IMG/VR virus record: IMGVR_UViG_3300022074_000039
Coordinates: 1-61,504 of that record
Reading direction: 5' to 3' (one strand)
Length of the DNA stretch: 61,504 bases
DNA from: a virus
Taxonomy: Duplodnaviria > Caudoviricetes
Part shown: positions 26,553 through 36,267 of the stretch, in pieces
How the letters are laid out: each line of letters opens with the position of its first letter
Position numbering within the stretch: the stretch's first letter is position 1
Notes under the pieces: model-generated
What the model was told of the DNA's origin: nothing
The model's database searches: none
What the model saw: only the letters and a program-made list of their open reading frames with translations
Made by a program: the position numbers and the translations under genes

Positions 26553-27689
26553 ATGAATAATCAACCTGATCAAATCGCAGGAATGAAGGTCTTCAGTAAT
26601 CCTGAGGACCTTGCTGCATCTATGAATACCGCTTCAGAAACCACAACTGAGGCGCCTGTACAACAAGAAGAAGCTGCCCAAGAGCAGCCCGTAGAACAGC
26701 CTGTAGTCGAGCAACAGCCCCCACAAGAAGCTGCTCCAGTACAGCAAGAAGAAACAGTTCAGGCTCAACCACAAGCGGTTGAACCTACAACAAATACAGA
26801 ACCTGAGTATACAGAGCAAGACGTCGAGTCTGCTGTGTTTTCTTTCCTGAGTAATAAGCTTGGTAGAGACGTCACTTCACTCGATGATTTGTCTGTTACT
26901 CAACAAACAGAAGCAAAAGCTTTAGACGAAAGGATCGAGGCCATCGCAAAGTTCGTAGAGGAAACGGGCCGCGCACCAGAAGATTGGTTTAGGTTTCAGT
27001 CATTGAATCCAGAGGGTATGGATGATATGACGGCTATCCGTATTCAGGTAGCTAATGAGCACCCAAACTTGTCGTATGATGAGCTCAATCTATTAGTCAA
27101 CAGCAAGTACAAGTTGGACACAGACCTCTACACAGAGGACGAAGTAAAGCTTGCACAGCTTCAGTTAAAAATGGATGGTGACAAAGCCAGAAGCAGCATT
27201 GAGGGAATCAGAAGTAGCTATTCTGCCCCTGCGTCTCAGGACAGCTCCCCATCCGAACCAGAATCTTTGATTGACGATGCGTGGATCGCAGAGATGTCCA
27301 AAGAGGTTGACGCGCTTGACGGTTTAGAGTTTGACCTGGGCGACGAAAACACTCTTGAGTTTGGACTAGATGCCAACTACAAATCGCAATTGAAGGATCG
27401 CAATGCTCGTCTTGACGAGTTCTTTGACCCATATGTTCGGGATGACGGTAGCTGGGATCACGACAAGCTGTCGGCCCACATGGCAGTTATCGACAACATC
27501 GACAGGATTGTAAAGTCGGCTTACACCAGAGGATTAGGTGACGGCCAGCGGACTCTTGTTGATACAGCCGCTAACGTCTCTACTGAAAGTCCGCAACAGG
27601 TGGTTCAAAACCAACAAACCAATCCGTTGGCTGACCAGCTAAAAAATATTCTCGGCAGTCAGTCCAACAGACTAACTTTTAAAATCTAA
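26553..27689 (+). CDS. Capsid scaffolding protein (putative)
   Basis: Acidic, Q/E/P-rich N-terminus, helical, directly before the major capsid gene. Confidence 0.65.
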   Translation: MNNQPDQIAGMKVFSNPEDLAASMNTASETTTEAPVQQEEAAQEQPVEQPVVEQQPPQEAAPVQQEETVQAQPQAVEPTTNTEPEYTEQDVESAVFSFLSNKLGRDVTSLDDLSVTQQTEAKALDERIEAIAKFVEETGRAPEDWFRFQSLNPEGMDDMTAIRIQVANEHPNLSYDELNLLVNSKYKLDTDLYTEDEVKLAQLQLKMDGDKARSSIEGIRSSYSAPASQDSSPSEPESLIDDAWIAEMSKEVDALDGLEFDLGDENTLEFGLDANYKSQLKDRNARLDEFFDPYVRDDGSWDHDKLSAHMAVIDNIDRIVKSAYTRGLGDGQRTLVDTAANVSTESPQQVVQNQQTNPLADQLKNILGSQSNRLTFKI

Positions 27690-27695
27690 AAAATT

Positions 27696-29117
27696 ATGGC
27701 TACTACAGCTACTACAACCGTAGACCATACAGCATCTGGTGCTCAGTATAGACTGACACCTGAGAAGTATACTACGATTGATACATTGCTAGATCCTACA
27801 AAGGATTTTGTAATTCCTCAACTTGTTGAGACTTACGGTGATCAAGGTATCACTGGATTCATGAAAATGACTGGCGCGGTTATCGCTGGTGGAACTGCCG
27901 ATCAAGTTGATTGGTGGGAAATCGGTCGTCGTCACAGAACCATCCTTGGTACTTTGGACGCAACATCTGGTCAGTCTGATGTCTTTGTTCCTGATGGAAC
28001 TGCTGAAACTGCTGGAGCCAACGAGGATCCTGCTACTATTAAGCACTTGCAAAACAACGACATCATTATGAATGTCGCTAATGGCGCGCGCTACTTGGTT
28101 ACTGATGATCAAAGAACAGAAACCTCCACTTTGGATGGTGATGCTGTGACTGTTGTTCGCTTGGACGGTGCAGCCTTTTCTTCTGCTGACCCAGTAGTTA
28201 CAGGAACTTTTGCCGTCGTTGGTAACATGTACGCTCAGGGTTCTGATCAGCCTAACCGCTTTGTAACTCAAGACCTCAAGAGACGTCAGTCTCCGTTTGC
28301 GATTGTGAAGGGTCGTTACGAAGTCAACGGCTCACAAGCAACCAACATCGGATGGATTGACATCGGAGGCGGTGACTTCCGTTGGTTCATGTACGAAGAG
28401 GCTAATGCTCGTAAGCGCTTTGAAGATCAGCGTGAGTTGACTATGTTGTTTGGTGAAAAGCAGGCAGATACTTCTACTGCTGTAGCTAAAGACATCGCTG
28501 GTACTGAGGGTTACTTCTCTGCTTTGGAAAACAGAGGCATTCAGGTGAGCAACGCCAATGCTAACCCTCTCGATTCTTTCGCTGAGTTTGACGACATCAT
28601 CATCGAGCTCGACCGTCAAGGCGCTCCTGCTGAGTACGCTATGTACGTAAACAGAAAGCAAGACCTCGCTATCGACGACATGCTCGCATCTGGTATCGCA
28701 ACTAGCGTTACTGCTGGTCTCCCAGGTCAGTTCGGTGCATTCCAGAACTCTCCTGACATGGCTGTACAGCTTGGATTCAAGAGCTTCACTCGCGGTGGTT
28801 ACACTTTCCACAAGCACGACTGGAGATTGTTGAACGATCCTACTTTGGCTGGAGCTGGCGTAGCATTCCAAGGCGTTATGTGCCCTATGTCTCAAGTGGC
28901 TGACCCACGAACAGGATCTAAGGCTCCTGCTTTGGCGATGTACTACAAAGAGGCAAACGGATACTCTCGTGAAATGGAGCACTGGGTATCTGGTGGCGGT
29001 GTATTGGGTCACACCAACAACGGTGACGCAGGTACTGACCAGGCTGTATTCCACTACAGATCTGAAATTGCTATGTGTGTCCGCGCTGCTAATCAGCACG
29101 TACTCATCAAGGGATAA
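27696..29117 (+). CDS. Major capsid protein
   Basis: 473 aa after scaffold; strongly biased codons; GTEG.F..LE.RG and LGF.SF.RG.Y.F motifs; followed by a hairpin. Confidence 0.85.
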   Translation: MATTATTTVDHTASGAQYRLTPEKYTTIDTLLDPTKDFVIPQLVETYGDQGITGFMKMTGAVIAGGTADQVDWWEIGRRHRTILGTLDATSGQSDVFVPDGTAETAGANEDPATIKHLQNNDIIMNVANGARYLVTDDQRTETSTLDGDAVTVVRLDGAAFSSADPVVTGTFAVVGNMYAQGSDQPNRFVTQDLKRRQSPFAIVKGRYEVNGSQATNIGWIDIGGGDFRWFMYEEANARKRFEDQRELTMLFGEKQADTSTAVAKDIAGTEGYFSALENRGIQVSNANANPLDSFAEFDDIIIELDRQGAPAEYAMYVNRKQDLAIDDMLASGIATSVTAGLPGQFGAFQNSPDMAVQLGFKSFTRGGYTFHKHDWRLLNDPTLAGAGVAFQGVMCPMSQVADPRTGSKAPALAMYYKEANGYSREMEHWVSGGGVLGHTNNGDAGTDQAVFHYRSEIAMCVRAANQHVLIKG

Positions 29118-29130
29118 TAATTTGAAGTGA

Positions 29131-29158
29131 GAGAGTGGACCCTTCGGGGTCTACTCTC
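29131..29158 (+). terminator. Stable hairpin after the capsid gene (terminator or mRNA stabiliser)
   Basis: GAGAGTGGACCC-TTCG-GGGTCTACTCTC; no clear T tract. Confidence 0.6.
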
Positions 29159-29181
29159 AATCTTCATAATAACAAACTATT

Positions 29182-29616
29182 ATGGCTATTAATAAATCAT
29201 ATCCAGGACCTCAGGTTGTTTCTAGGCGATTTATCGTTGATGATGGATTGACTGGAAGCGGAGACACTGCTATTTACGGCGTTACTCAGCCCGCAAACAG
29301 TGTTCTTGAAAAGGTTTTTGTCAGAGTTTTGGCGGCTCCTACGCTAACATCTGGAGACATTTCACTTGAGGTAGGCACTGAGTCAGATGATCCTGATGAC
29401 ATCATTAACGATACTACCGCCCTGAATAATGTTCTTGATGGTGCAGTTACGATTGCGGTTAATACTGTTAAGGACATGACTTCGGAACTGGAGTCGGGTG
29501 TTGCCACTACCTTGAGGACAGACGATACTCAAGTCAACTTTAGGCTGAGAACATCCACTGCTGTTAGTGTGGCGGGCAAGTTTGAAGTTTCTTTTGTCTT
29601 TAGAGTCTTCGAATAA
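29182..29616 (+). CDS. Putative capsid accessory protein
   Basis: Beta-rich, 144 aa, after the major capsid gene. Confidence 0.65.
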   Translation: MAINKSYPGPQVVSRRFIVDDGLTGSGDTAIYGVTQPANSVLEKVFVRVLAAPTLTSGDISLEVGTESDDPDDIINDTTALNNVLDGAVTIAVNTVKDMTSELESGVATTLRTDDTQVNFRLRTSTAVSVAGKFEVSFVFRVFE

Positions 29617-29627
29617 TCTATTATGAG

Positions 29628-29652
29628 AAAGGGGGCTTCGGCCCTACTTTTT
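29628..29652 (+). terminator. Rho-independent terminator
   Basis: GGGC-TTCG-GCCC followed by a T run. Confidence 0.7.
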
Positions 29653-29690
29653 ACTTTGTATGATTTGTTTTACTACATAAACTAAAAAAA

Positions 29691-30512
29691 ATGGCTGCAA
29701 AATATTTGTACTTTAATGCCGCTGCTGATGACGCTGTTACGCTTCCAGTAGAAGCATTACAATCAATGAACCACAACGGTGCTAACACCGTTGTGTTTGA
29801 ATTCCTTACCGACAAGGTAAACGGTAACGTATCAATTACGATTACTACCGCTACTGATAAGGAAAAAGAATTTATGGAGGACGTTTCAAATGCTATTGCT
29901 TTTGGAAAGGATCAGTTTCTTGTTATTGCAGATGACGAGGACGGAAAATATATTTCCACTAACGTAGGAACTTCAGGATCTGTAGTCGCTGCTATTGGCA
30001 GAGATGTAGGGCCAAAAAGAAAAGTTGAAGATGTGACTGGAGCAACTAATGCTTTGACTGCTGCTCAGTCTGGAACAATCTTTACAGTTAATGTTGCTTC
30101 TAACGCGGCAACTACTTTGACGCTTCCTGCAATTACTGCTATTAATATTGGCACGTACTACGAGTTCTTTATTGGAACAGAGAATACTGGAGGCATTGAC
30201 ATCTTGACTGCAAGCACTGACGACACAACTGGTGACGTTTTTGTGGGGGCTTTAGGCATTGGCATCAATGGTGCATGGGGTGCTGACACGGCGCAAGACG
30301 GAGGTGTTTTCTACTTAGTTGCTGGCGCTGACGACAACCAGATTAACTTGACGGGAACTGAAGCTAATGGCGCTGGAGAGGTAGGCTCTTACGTGCGTTG
30401 CGTTGCTGTAAAGCATGATGGCTCAGCTCACAGTCAATGGCAAGTAACTGGTTGGATTGGAACCGACGATCCTAACGGAACTGGAGCACAAGTCTTCTTA
30501 GACAGAGATTAA
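29691..30512 (+). CDS. Putative structural protein
   Basis: LTAAQSG...TLTLPA...G..YEF motif seen in fibre/decoration proteins. Confidence 0.7.
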   Translation: MAAKYLYFNAAADDAVTLPVEALQSMNHNGANTVVFEFLTDKVNGNVSITITTATDKEKEFMEDVSNAIAFGKDQFLVIADDEDGKYISTNVGTSGSVVAAIGRDVGPKRKVEDVTGATNALTAAQSGTIFTVNVASNAATTLTLPAITAINIGTYYEFFIGTENTGGIDILTASTDDTTGDVFVGALGIGINGAWGADTAQDGGVFYLVAGADDNQINLTGTEANGAGEVGSYVRCVAVKHDGSAHSQWQVTGWIGTDDPNGTGAQVFLDRD

Positions 30513-30531
30513 TATCTTTATGTGTTATAAG

Positions 30532-30556
30532 AAAGGCTCCTTCGGGGGCCTTTTTT
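30532..30556 (+). terminator. Rho-independent terminator
   Basis: AAAGGCTCC-TTCG-GGGGCCTTTTTT. Confidence 0.85.
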
Positions 30557-30564
30557 ATTTTCAT

Positions 30565-30572
30565 TATATTTG
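30565..30572 (+). promoter_or_regulatory. -7 element TATATTTG
   Basis: After the terminator, before ORF 30593. Confidence 0.6.
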
Positions 30573-30592
30573 CACTACTAATTCAATTTAAT

Positions 30593-31426
30593 ATGACTAC
30601 ACAAACTAAGAAGTCTCCTGGGAGACCTAAAAAAGCCCAGGCACCTGCACAGGCAGTAGCACCTGCTGCCCCTGCAAAGAGGAAAGCTCCAATCCGTAGA
30701 AAAGAAAAGGTTAACGAGCATAAAGAGTATCAGATTGTTCGCGGTGGAGGAATTGTGTATATGCTGCCGCAGAAGGGAGTTACCATATACGACAAAGAAA
30801 CGGACAGCGTAAGAGAGATTAGGTATTGCCCTAATGAACAGTCTATCTTTAGAGATGAGCAATCAGACAACGCACGTCGTGAATCTGTAGCCTTTCGTGA
30901 CGGTAGACTGTTTGTCCCAAAGGAAAAGCCTAACCTAAGAAAGTTTATAGAGGCTCATCCGCAAAACCAAGCAAATGGAGGGTCTGTCTTTAGGGAAGTG
31001 AACAAGAAGAAGGATGCTGAAAAGGAGCTCAATAAAGAGTTCTTGGTAAACGAAGCGGTCATGATGGTGCGCGACAAAAGCATTGAAGAGCTGCTACCTA
31101 TGGCCCTGTACTTCAAAGTAGGCATTAATCAGCCAACCACTGAAATCAGATTTAACTTACTGCGCATTGCAAAAAGCAAGCCCAGTGAGTTTATGGAGGC
31201 ATTTGATTCACCGCAGGTTCAATGTCGAGCGACTGTAACTCAGGCGGCAGACTATCAAATCATTAATGTAAAGTCTAATGGTGTATACTGGTTTGACGCC
31301 AACAGCCTAATTGTTTCGGTACCTGTAGGTCAAGATCCTTTAGATGTAATGGTTAGATTCTGTTTGACAGAAAAGGGCGCCTCCGTCTTGTCGTCCCTAG
31401 AGGAACGGCTTGAACGTCTAGCATAA
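30593..31426 (+). CDS. Conserved hypothetical protein of the capsid cluster
   Basis: RE.RY..N..SIF.DEQ...F.DG.L.VP...L..F...HP.N; GRPKK basic N-terminus. Confidence 0.8.
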   Translation: MTTQTKKSPGRPKKAQAPAQAVAPAAPAKRKAPIRRKEKVNEHKEYQIVRGGGIVYMLPQKGVTIYDKETDSVREIRYCPNEQSIFRDEQSDNARRESVAFRDGRLFVPKEKPNLRKFIEAHPQNQANGGSVFREVNKKKDAEKELNKEFLVNEAVMMVRDKSIEELLPMALYFKVGINQPTTEIRFNLLRIAKSKPSEFMEAFDSPQVQCRATVTQAADYQIINVKSNGVYWFDANSLIVSVPVGQDPLDVMVRFCLTEKGASVLSSLEERLERLA

Positions 31427-31428
31427 AG

Positions 31429-31455
31429 AAAAGGCCACCGAAGGGTGGCTTTTTT
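31429..31455 (+). terminator. Rho-independent terminator
   Basis: GGCCACC-GAAG-GGTGGCT followed by a T run. Confidence 0.85.
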
Positions 31456-31461
31456 GTTTCG

Positions 31462-31469
31462 TATATTTG
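31462..31469 (+). promoter_or_regulatory. -7 element TATATTTG
   Basis: 4 nt before ATG 31474. Confidence 0.6.
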
Positions 31470-31473
31470 TTTC

Positions 31474-32775
31474 ATGGACAGAAAGTTTTTCTTCTTTCGT
31501 AGGGAGCCAGAGTCAGAAACCAGTTCATCTTTTTCTGATACGGGTGTAGGGCTGAGCACGGTGGCTATACCATCTGAAAATCTGACGTTTATAACGGCGG
31601 GTAAAAAGAAGGTTACGTTCACATTTAAAGATTGCAACGGATTTGAAGATTCTTTGCTTCAAGAGGGCGAGTCGATCCCAAAAGCAAACATTACTGTATC
31701 GTGTAAAGAAGGAGAGGAAGCTAGCCTTATTGAAAGCGTCATAAACTTTTTGTCTAGAAACACGCCCAAAAACATCATGAAGTTTGATGTGGTTGCTGGT
31801 GAGTCTACTTTCAATCAAGCTGTAGTCGATAACATTAGCGACGTGACCTCTGTCATCCCTGCTAATCCTGTCAACACCTTTACTAAAGAGGTTTCATTGG
31901 GTGAAACCAAGCTGAAGTTTCAAAATACTATAGCTGGTATTACGTTTCCTGGAGAGTTGCCTGTATTAGATTTTAACCACGAGCTTATTTCTGGAATAGC
32001 AGAAGGCGGTGGTGCAATTAGCTCAATACCAAATGCAGGCACGGCTGCTGTAGATACTGGTAATTTTACTTTTGTAAGCAGCGGTGTATTTGGCCCCTCT
32101 GACGAAAGCTCTCTAAAAGAAAAGGCTGTCACTATTGGATCTACCGCTAGATTTAAGATGGCGTCTAATCTTAATGTTACCTCAGGGGATTACACGGTTT
32201 ATGCAGCTATTAATTTTGGCTCTTTTACTGATTCTAATTTATACGGTATAGGCGTTTTATATTCAGATTCTGCTGGAGAGTGTTTTGGGTTTGGCGGCAG
32301 ACATAAAAACAATGGTGCTATTAATCAAGGTAATGATGAGTTAATTTCAAGAAGAGACGTGTTTTCTGTCAGGCATGCTGGGATCACTGGTATAGCTCCC
32401 TTTGCAAGCACTGTTTCTACTGAAGACGGAACTAAATCTACCCGAATACCAGATTCAAATGTAGATGCTAGCAATTACGATGCGAATCACGTATTTATCA
32501 TAAGAAGAGATAAAAACTTCAATATATTTCTTCACGATAGAAGCGGAAATATTATATCTAAGATACCTGCTAAAACAAACATAACCGACCCTTCTCTGGT
32601 GGCTTCTTCACCAGGAAGAACGGATGGAGATTTTGTTGTTAATGGTGTAGGTTCAATAAGGAACAACATAGGTAGGTTTTACTTAAACAGGTTTGGAATT
32701 ATAAGTAGCGACATTGGTGCAAACAACGCTGCCAACCTGGCAAAGCAACTACACAAGTTTTACGGCACAAAATAG
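31474..32775 (+). CDS. Putative structural protein with lectin/LamG-like C-terminal region
   Basis: N-terminus resembles that of 29691 (K.(L/F)(Y/F)F...V..P.E.L); beta-rich C-terminus. Confidence 0.6.
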   Translation: MDRKFFFFRREPESETSSSFSDTGVGLSTVAIPSENLTFITAGKKKVTFTFKDCNGFEDSLLQEGESIPKANITVSCKEGEEASLIESVINFLSRNTPKNIMKFDVVAGESTFNQAVVDNISDVTSVIPANPVNTFTKEVSLGETKLKFQNTIAGITFPGELPVLDFNHELISGIAEGGGAISSIPNAGTAAVDTGNFTFVSSGVFGPSDESSLKEKAVTIGSTARFKMASNLNVTSGDYTVYAAINFGSFTDSNLYGIGVLYSDSAGECFGFGGRHKNNGAINQGNDELISRRDVFSVRHAGITGIAPFASTVSTEDGTKSTRIPDSNVDASNYDANHVFIIRRDKNFNIFLHDRSGNIISKIPAKTNITDPSLVASSPGRTDGDFVVNGVGSIRNNIGRFYLNRFGIISSDIGANNAANLAKQLHKFYGTK

Positions 32776-32792
32776 CTGCCTTTTGTTTTTTG

Positions 32793-32800
32793 TATATTTG
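32793..32800 (+). promoter_or_regulatory. -7 element TATATTTG
   Basis: 4 nt before ATG 32805. Confidence 0.6.
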
Positions 32801-32804
32801 TGTT

Positions 32805-33584
32805 ATGGTAAGCGTAATACAAGTATATAATGCTTTGAAGGACCTAATGAATAAGGAGCAGAAGGGTTTTATCACCCCTGCTGTATTTAATTCGTTTGCC
32901 CCACTTGCTCAAATCAATATATACAACGAGATATTCTCTGAGCTCATAACTTCTAAGCGGCTGTCTCGTCAAAACTTCGATCCAGGTGGCAATGTATCTC
33001 AAAGAAAGCAAAAGCTAGAGGATCTGTCATTTTTTGTTAGAAGAGAGACGATTAGTGTTGGGAGTGCATTTGATGCAGACGAAACAATTTCTATATCTGG
33101 CTTAAGTCCAGATAGCTTTCAAAAGCCTGACGACTTATCAAAGATCATATCTATATCTGCTGTTGCCACAACAGATGAGAATGTTCTTATCGATATCAAC
33201 CCCTGTGAAATAGTTTACAATCCAGCGGATTTAGATAATCTTTTGGTGAGCAATTTGTCTTCACCAACCAATATGTTTCCTGTTGCGTTTGTGTCTAACA
33301 CTACAATAGAGCTGTTCCCAGAGGATGCAAGTGGGGACATAGAAATAACGTACTACGCCAAGCCCACCTCTTTTAATGCTGATGGAGGGATTGAATCTGG
33401 TCAACCAAACATAGATGTGCTTTTAGTCGGAGGCACAGAGCTTCCTGGGCCTTCAAGTAGAAACTTTATGTTGCCTGCTCACTACTTAAATGAAGTAGTT
33501 GTAGAAATGGCTAAGCTAGTAGGGGTTAGATTAAGAGATCCCAATGTAACAGTATTTGCAACGAGAGAAGAAGCTTCTGAATAA
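32805..33584 (+). CDS. Head-tail adaptor / tail ring protein (putative)
   Basis: VY......NKEQ.G.ITP..FN..A..AQ motif; start MVSVIQVY. Confidence 0.6.
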   Translation: MVSVIQVYNALKDLMNKEQKGFITPAVFNSFAPLAQINIYNEIFSELITSKRLSRQNFDPGGNVSQRKQKLEDLSFFVRRETISVGSAFDADETISISGLSPDSFQKPDDLSKIISISAVATTDENVLIDINPCEIVYNPADLDNLLVSNLSSPTNMFPVAFVSNTTIELFPEDASGDIEITYYAKPTSFNADGGIESGQPNIDVLLVGGTELPGPSSRNFMLPAHYLNEVVVEMAKLVGVRLRDPNVTVFATREEASE

Positions 33585-34492
33585 TGGCACAGCATAAAGT
33601 AAAACTTAGTCAAGTCATTGGTGATTTTAAACTCACGATGGACGGAGATGATTACGCTAGTAACGTCTCTGATGTGGCGCTCAGAAACTTTGCTTTGAGA
33701 GGGGTGAGAGAAATAGGTTTTGATTTAGGCAAAAAAATCAAATCTATAAAGCTTCCGATTGCTTCAAACAATAGCGTTGCTCTGCCCAACGACTTTGTAG
33801 ATATGTCTAAAATTGGCATTGTAGACACGGATGGGGTGTTGAGGGTGTTTGGCAATAATAAGTACATCAACTACTCTCGCAAGTATTCTGCCAATGCTGA
33901 TGGCGTTGCAACAGTTCTTTCGATAGACAATCAATACGTAACACCTACTGATTTATCAGAATCTGGTTCTGATAGCACATCGATTTACGATGGTGGTGAT
34001 CATGCGATTGCCAGCAACAAAGTTTTAGATACGGAATCTAGCAAGGGGTCTACTACTGGTGCTTCTGACGATCCAGATGCTGGCGACCTGAGCTTCTATA
34101 TATTTGAAAACTATCTGTACCAGGGCGGAACAGGCAGGCTTTATGGCTTTGGAGGGGGGCATACGCCAGGCGAGTACAGGCTAAATCTTGATGAGAACAG
34201 AATCGAGATAGACACCAATAACGACTACACGGAAGTGGTGTTAGAGTATGTGGCTGATGAAGCTAGGTCGGTAGACCCTGAGGTCCACGCATATGCAGAA
34301 GAAGCCCTGAGGTCTTACATGTACTACAAGATCGTAGAAAGAAAGGCATCTGTTCCGTCTAACGAAAAAGCTAGAGCTAGGGCAGAGTATTACAACGAGA
34401 GAAGAAAGGCCAACGCTAGACTCAGCAACTTCACAAAAGAAGAAGCACTTAAGACGATTCGTAAAAACTTTATGCAAGCACCTAAGTACTGA
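33584..34492 (+). CDS. Tail ring / tubular protein (putative)
   Basis: LP.DFV...KI, V.LEY.AD, EEAL..Y..Y motifs. Confidence 0.6.
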   Translation: MAQHKVKLSQVIGDFKLTMDGDDYASNVSDVALRNFALRGVREIGFDLGKKIKSIKLPIASNNSVALPNDFVDMSKIGIVDTDGVLRVFGNNKYINYSRKYSANADGVATVLSIDNQYVTPTDLSESGSDSTSIYDGGDHAIASNKVLDTESSKGSTTGASDDPDAGDLSFYIFENYLYQGGTGRLYGFGGGHTPGEYRLNLDENRIEIDTNNDYTEVVLEYVADEARSVDPEVHAYAEEALRSYMYYKIVERKASVPSNEKARARAEYYNERRKANARLSNFTKEEALKTIRKNFMQAPKY

Positions 34493-36264
34493 TGCCGATA
34501 GATAAGATTACACCTAGGCAGCTTGATTCTGATGCGGACTCAAAGCTGGTCAAGAAGTCGTCTTTTCTAGACGCTTTGAACCTGTATTCTGGCGATTCAG
34601 AAGAAGGGAATAGAGGGGTGCTTAAAAATATCAAGGGCAACAAGGAGTTGGAATATGGCCCCGTACGGCCCTTTGAAGGCTCAAGGATTGTGGGCAGCGT
34701 AACGGATAAAAAAACAGACATAGTATATCTTTTTGTTTTTGCTTCAGATCCAACTTATCATGGCGTTTGGGCTTATGACTCTAGAGGAATTCTTGCGGGT
34801 GATGGTATAGAAATAGTTAGGTGCATATACAGAAGCAATCAGTTCAATTTTCCTTCTCAGGGTTTTGTAAAAGGAGATGTGGTTCACATCAACAAAAAAA
34901 CCCTGAATAGCGATGATCCTGACTTAGAGAAAGACGCTATACTATACTTTACAGACAACGTCAATGAACCAAGAAAGTTAAATGTATACCGAGCATATGA
35001 CTTTGTGATTGGTACAAATAACATACACGGGTATACTGGAACACAAGAGGAAATATATGACGAAGCAGACTTCATAACTGCCTGTCCTAAAGCGCCCGTA
35101 GAGCCGATAACTTTTTCGTTCTCTAACGACAGCTCCAGAAAAACAAGCAACTTCAAGACCGAGCCTGGCTTCCAGTTTGCGTATCAGAACGTGTATCAAG
35201 ACGGCTTTGAGTCAGCAATATCCTGCTACTCTGATATAGCCTTTCCGCCTACAATTATTGGTCAGGGAGCTCAACAGGTAGATCACTCTTTGTTCAATCA
35301 ATGCGACCTAGTGATTCCAGCCCAGGGCAAGGAGATAGCAAAGGTGAAGATCTTAGCGCGTAAGGGCAATACATTTAACTTCTTTGTCATAGATGAGGTA
35401 GACGTTGTGCCAGGTGTGGCAACGACATTTCCATTTAGAAATGACAGAATTACTAAAGGTGTCCCTGAGTCAGAAGTAAATAAGCAGTTTGACAACTTGC
35501 CAAGAAAGGCGCAGTCACAAACTGTGGCTTCTAACAGGCTTATGTACGGCAACTATCTAGACGGGTACGACAACGTAACAACTTCATGTATTGCCACTTT
35601 GCAGTATGCCGACAGGCCAAAAGACTTCGTTGATTTGAACATCAAAGTGAAGCCTGCTTTGAGCTTGCACGGAGTGGGTCAGAAATCAACTGGATTCGAA
35701 TTAGACCTCTCTGAGATCCCTGATGTTTACAGCGCAGGAGACACTGTGAACTTTACGATTACTATAGCTCCAGAAGGCAACTGGCATCTTTACAATTTCT
35801 CAGGCAACGAAACTTCTTACCATCAGACAAGATTGGTTGGAGCTGTAGAACAAGAGGCCCCCGATGGGCTAATAGATGGCATCAATGAAGAAATAGGGCT
35901 TTTCGTTCAAGAGGCTGGTACGGCTGGAGAGGCTTATCTCGCTGATAATGATTTTGCTTTTGGTAGCGGAGGAGGTGTAAATAATTCAACGCAAGTAACG
36001 TGGAAATCAGGAGGTGGTAATGTAGATGTAGATGGGGATACAACTCTCGCTGTATATGGAAGCAGCGCAGGTGCGCCTTTGATACTGAAAGGTGCGCCAG
36101 TTACCTTTACTGCTAACTTTAGTTTTGGGGTTGACTACCCTGATGGCGGAAGAAATGCAGTCGCTAGGGCTATAAGTTTGATTATATCGCCAGGTCCAGG
36201 CAGCGGGGCCGAAGACGATGCTGGAGGCGATGGAGACTTTACAGAAAACGGAGATAACGTATAG
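34492..36264 (+). CDS. Tail stabilisation/nozzle protein, N-terminal part
   Basis: LD.D.D..LV...DALN, LYFTDN.NEPRK.N, FD..P.KA..Q....NRL.YGNY..GY; ends in TAG in frame with the next ORF. Confidence 0.7.
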   Translation: MPIDKITPRQLDSDADSKLVKKSSFLDALNLYSGDSEEGNRGVLKNIKGNKELEYGPVRPFEGSRIVGSVTDKKTDIVYLFVFASDPTYHGVWAYDSRGILAGDGIEIVRCIYRSNQFNFPSQGFVKGDVVHINKKTLNSDDPDLEKDAILYFTDNVNEPRKLNVYRAYDFVIGTNNIHGYTGTQEEIYDEADFITACPKAPVEPITFSFSNDSSRKTSNFKTEPGFQFAYQNVYQDGFESAISCYSDIAFPPTIIGQGAQQVDHSLFNQCDLVIPAQGKEIAKVKILARKGNTFNFFVIDEVDVVPGVATTFPFRNDRITKGVPESEVNKQFDNLPRKAQSQTVASNRLMYGNYLDGYDNVTTSCIATLQYADRPKDFVDLNIKVKPALSLHGVGQKSTGFELDLSEIPDVYSAGDTVNFTITIAPEGNWHLYNFSGNETSYHQTRLVGAVEQEAPDGLIDGINEEIGLFVQEAGTAGEAYLADNDFAFGSGGGVNNSTQVTWKSGGGNVDVDGDTTLAVYGSSAGAPLILKGAPVTFTANFSFGVDYPDGGRNAVARAISLIISPGPGSGAEDDAGGDGDFTENGDNV

Positions 36265-36267
36265 GCT

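Noticed and set aside
15420-29099. Long antisense ORFs (15420-16247, 27789-28271, 28332-29099 and similar)
   Set aside because: Shadows of strongly coding plus-strand genes with no recognisable motifs.
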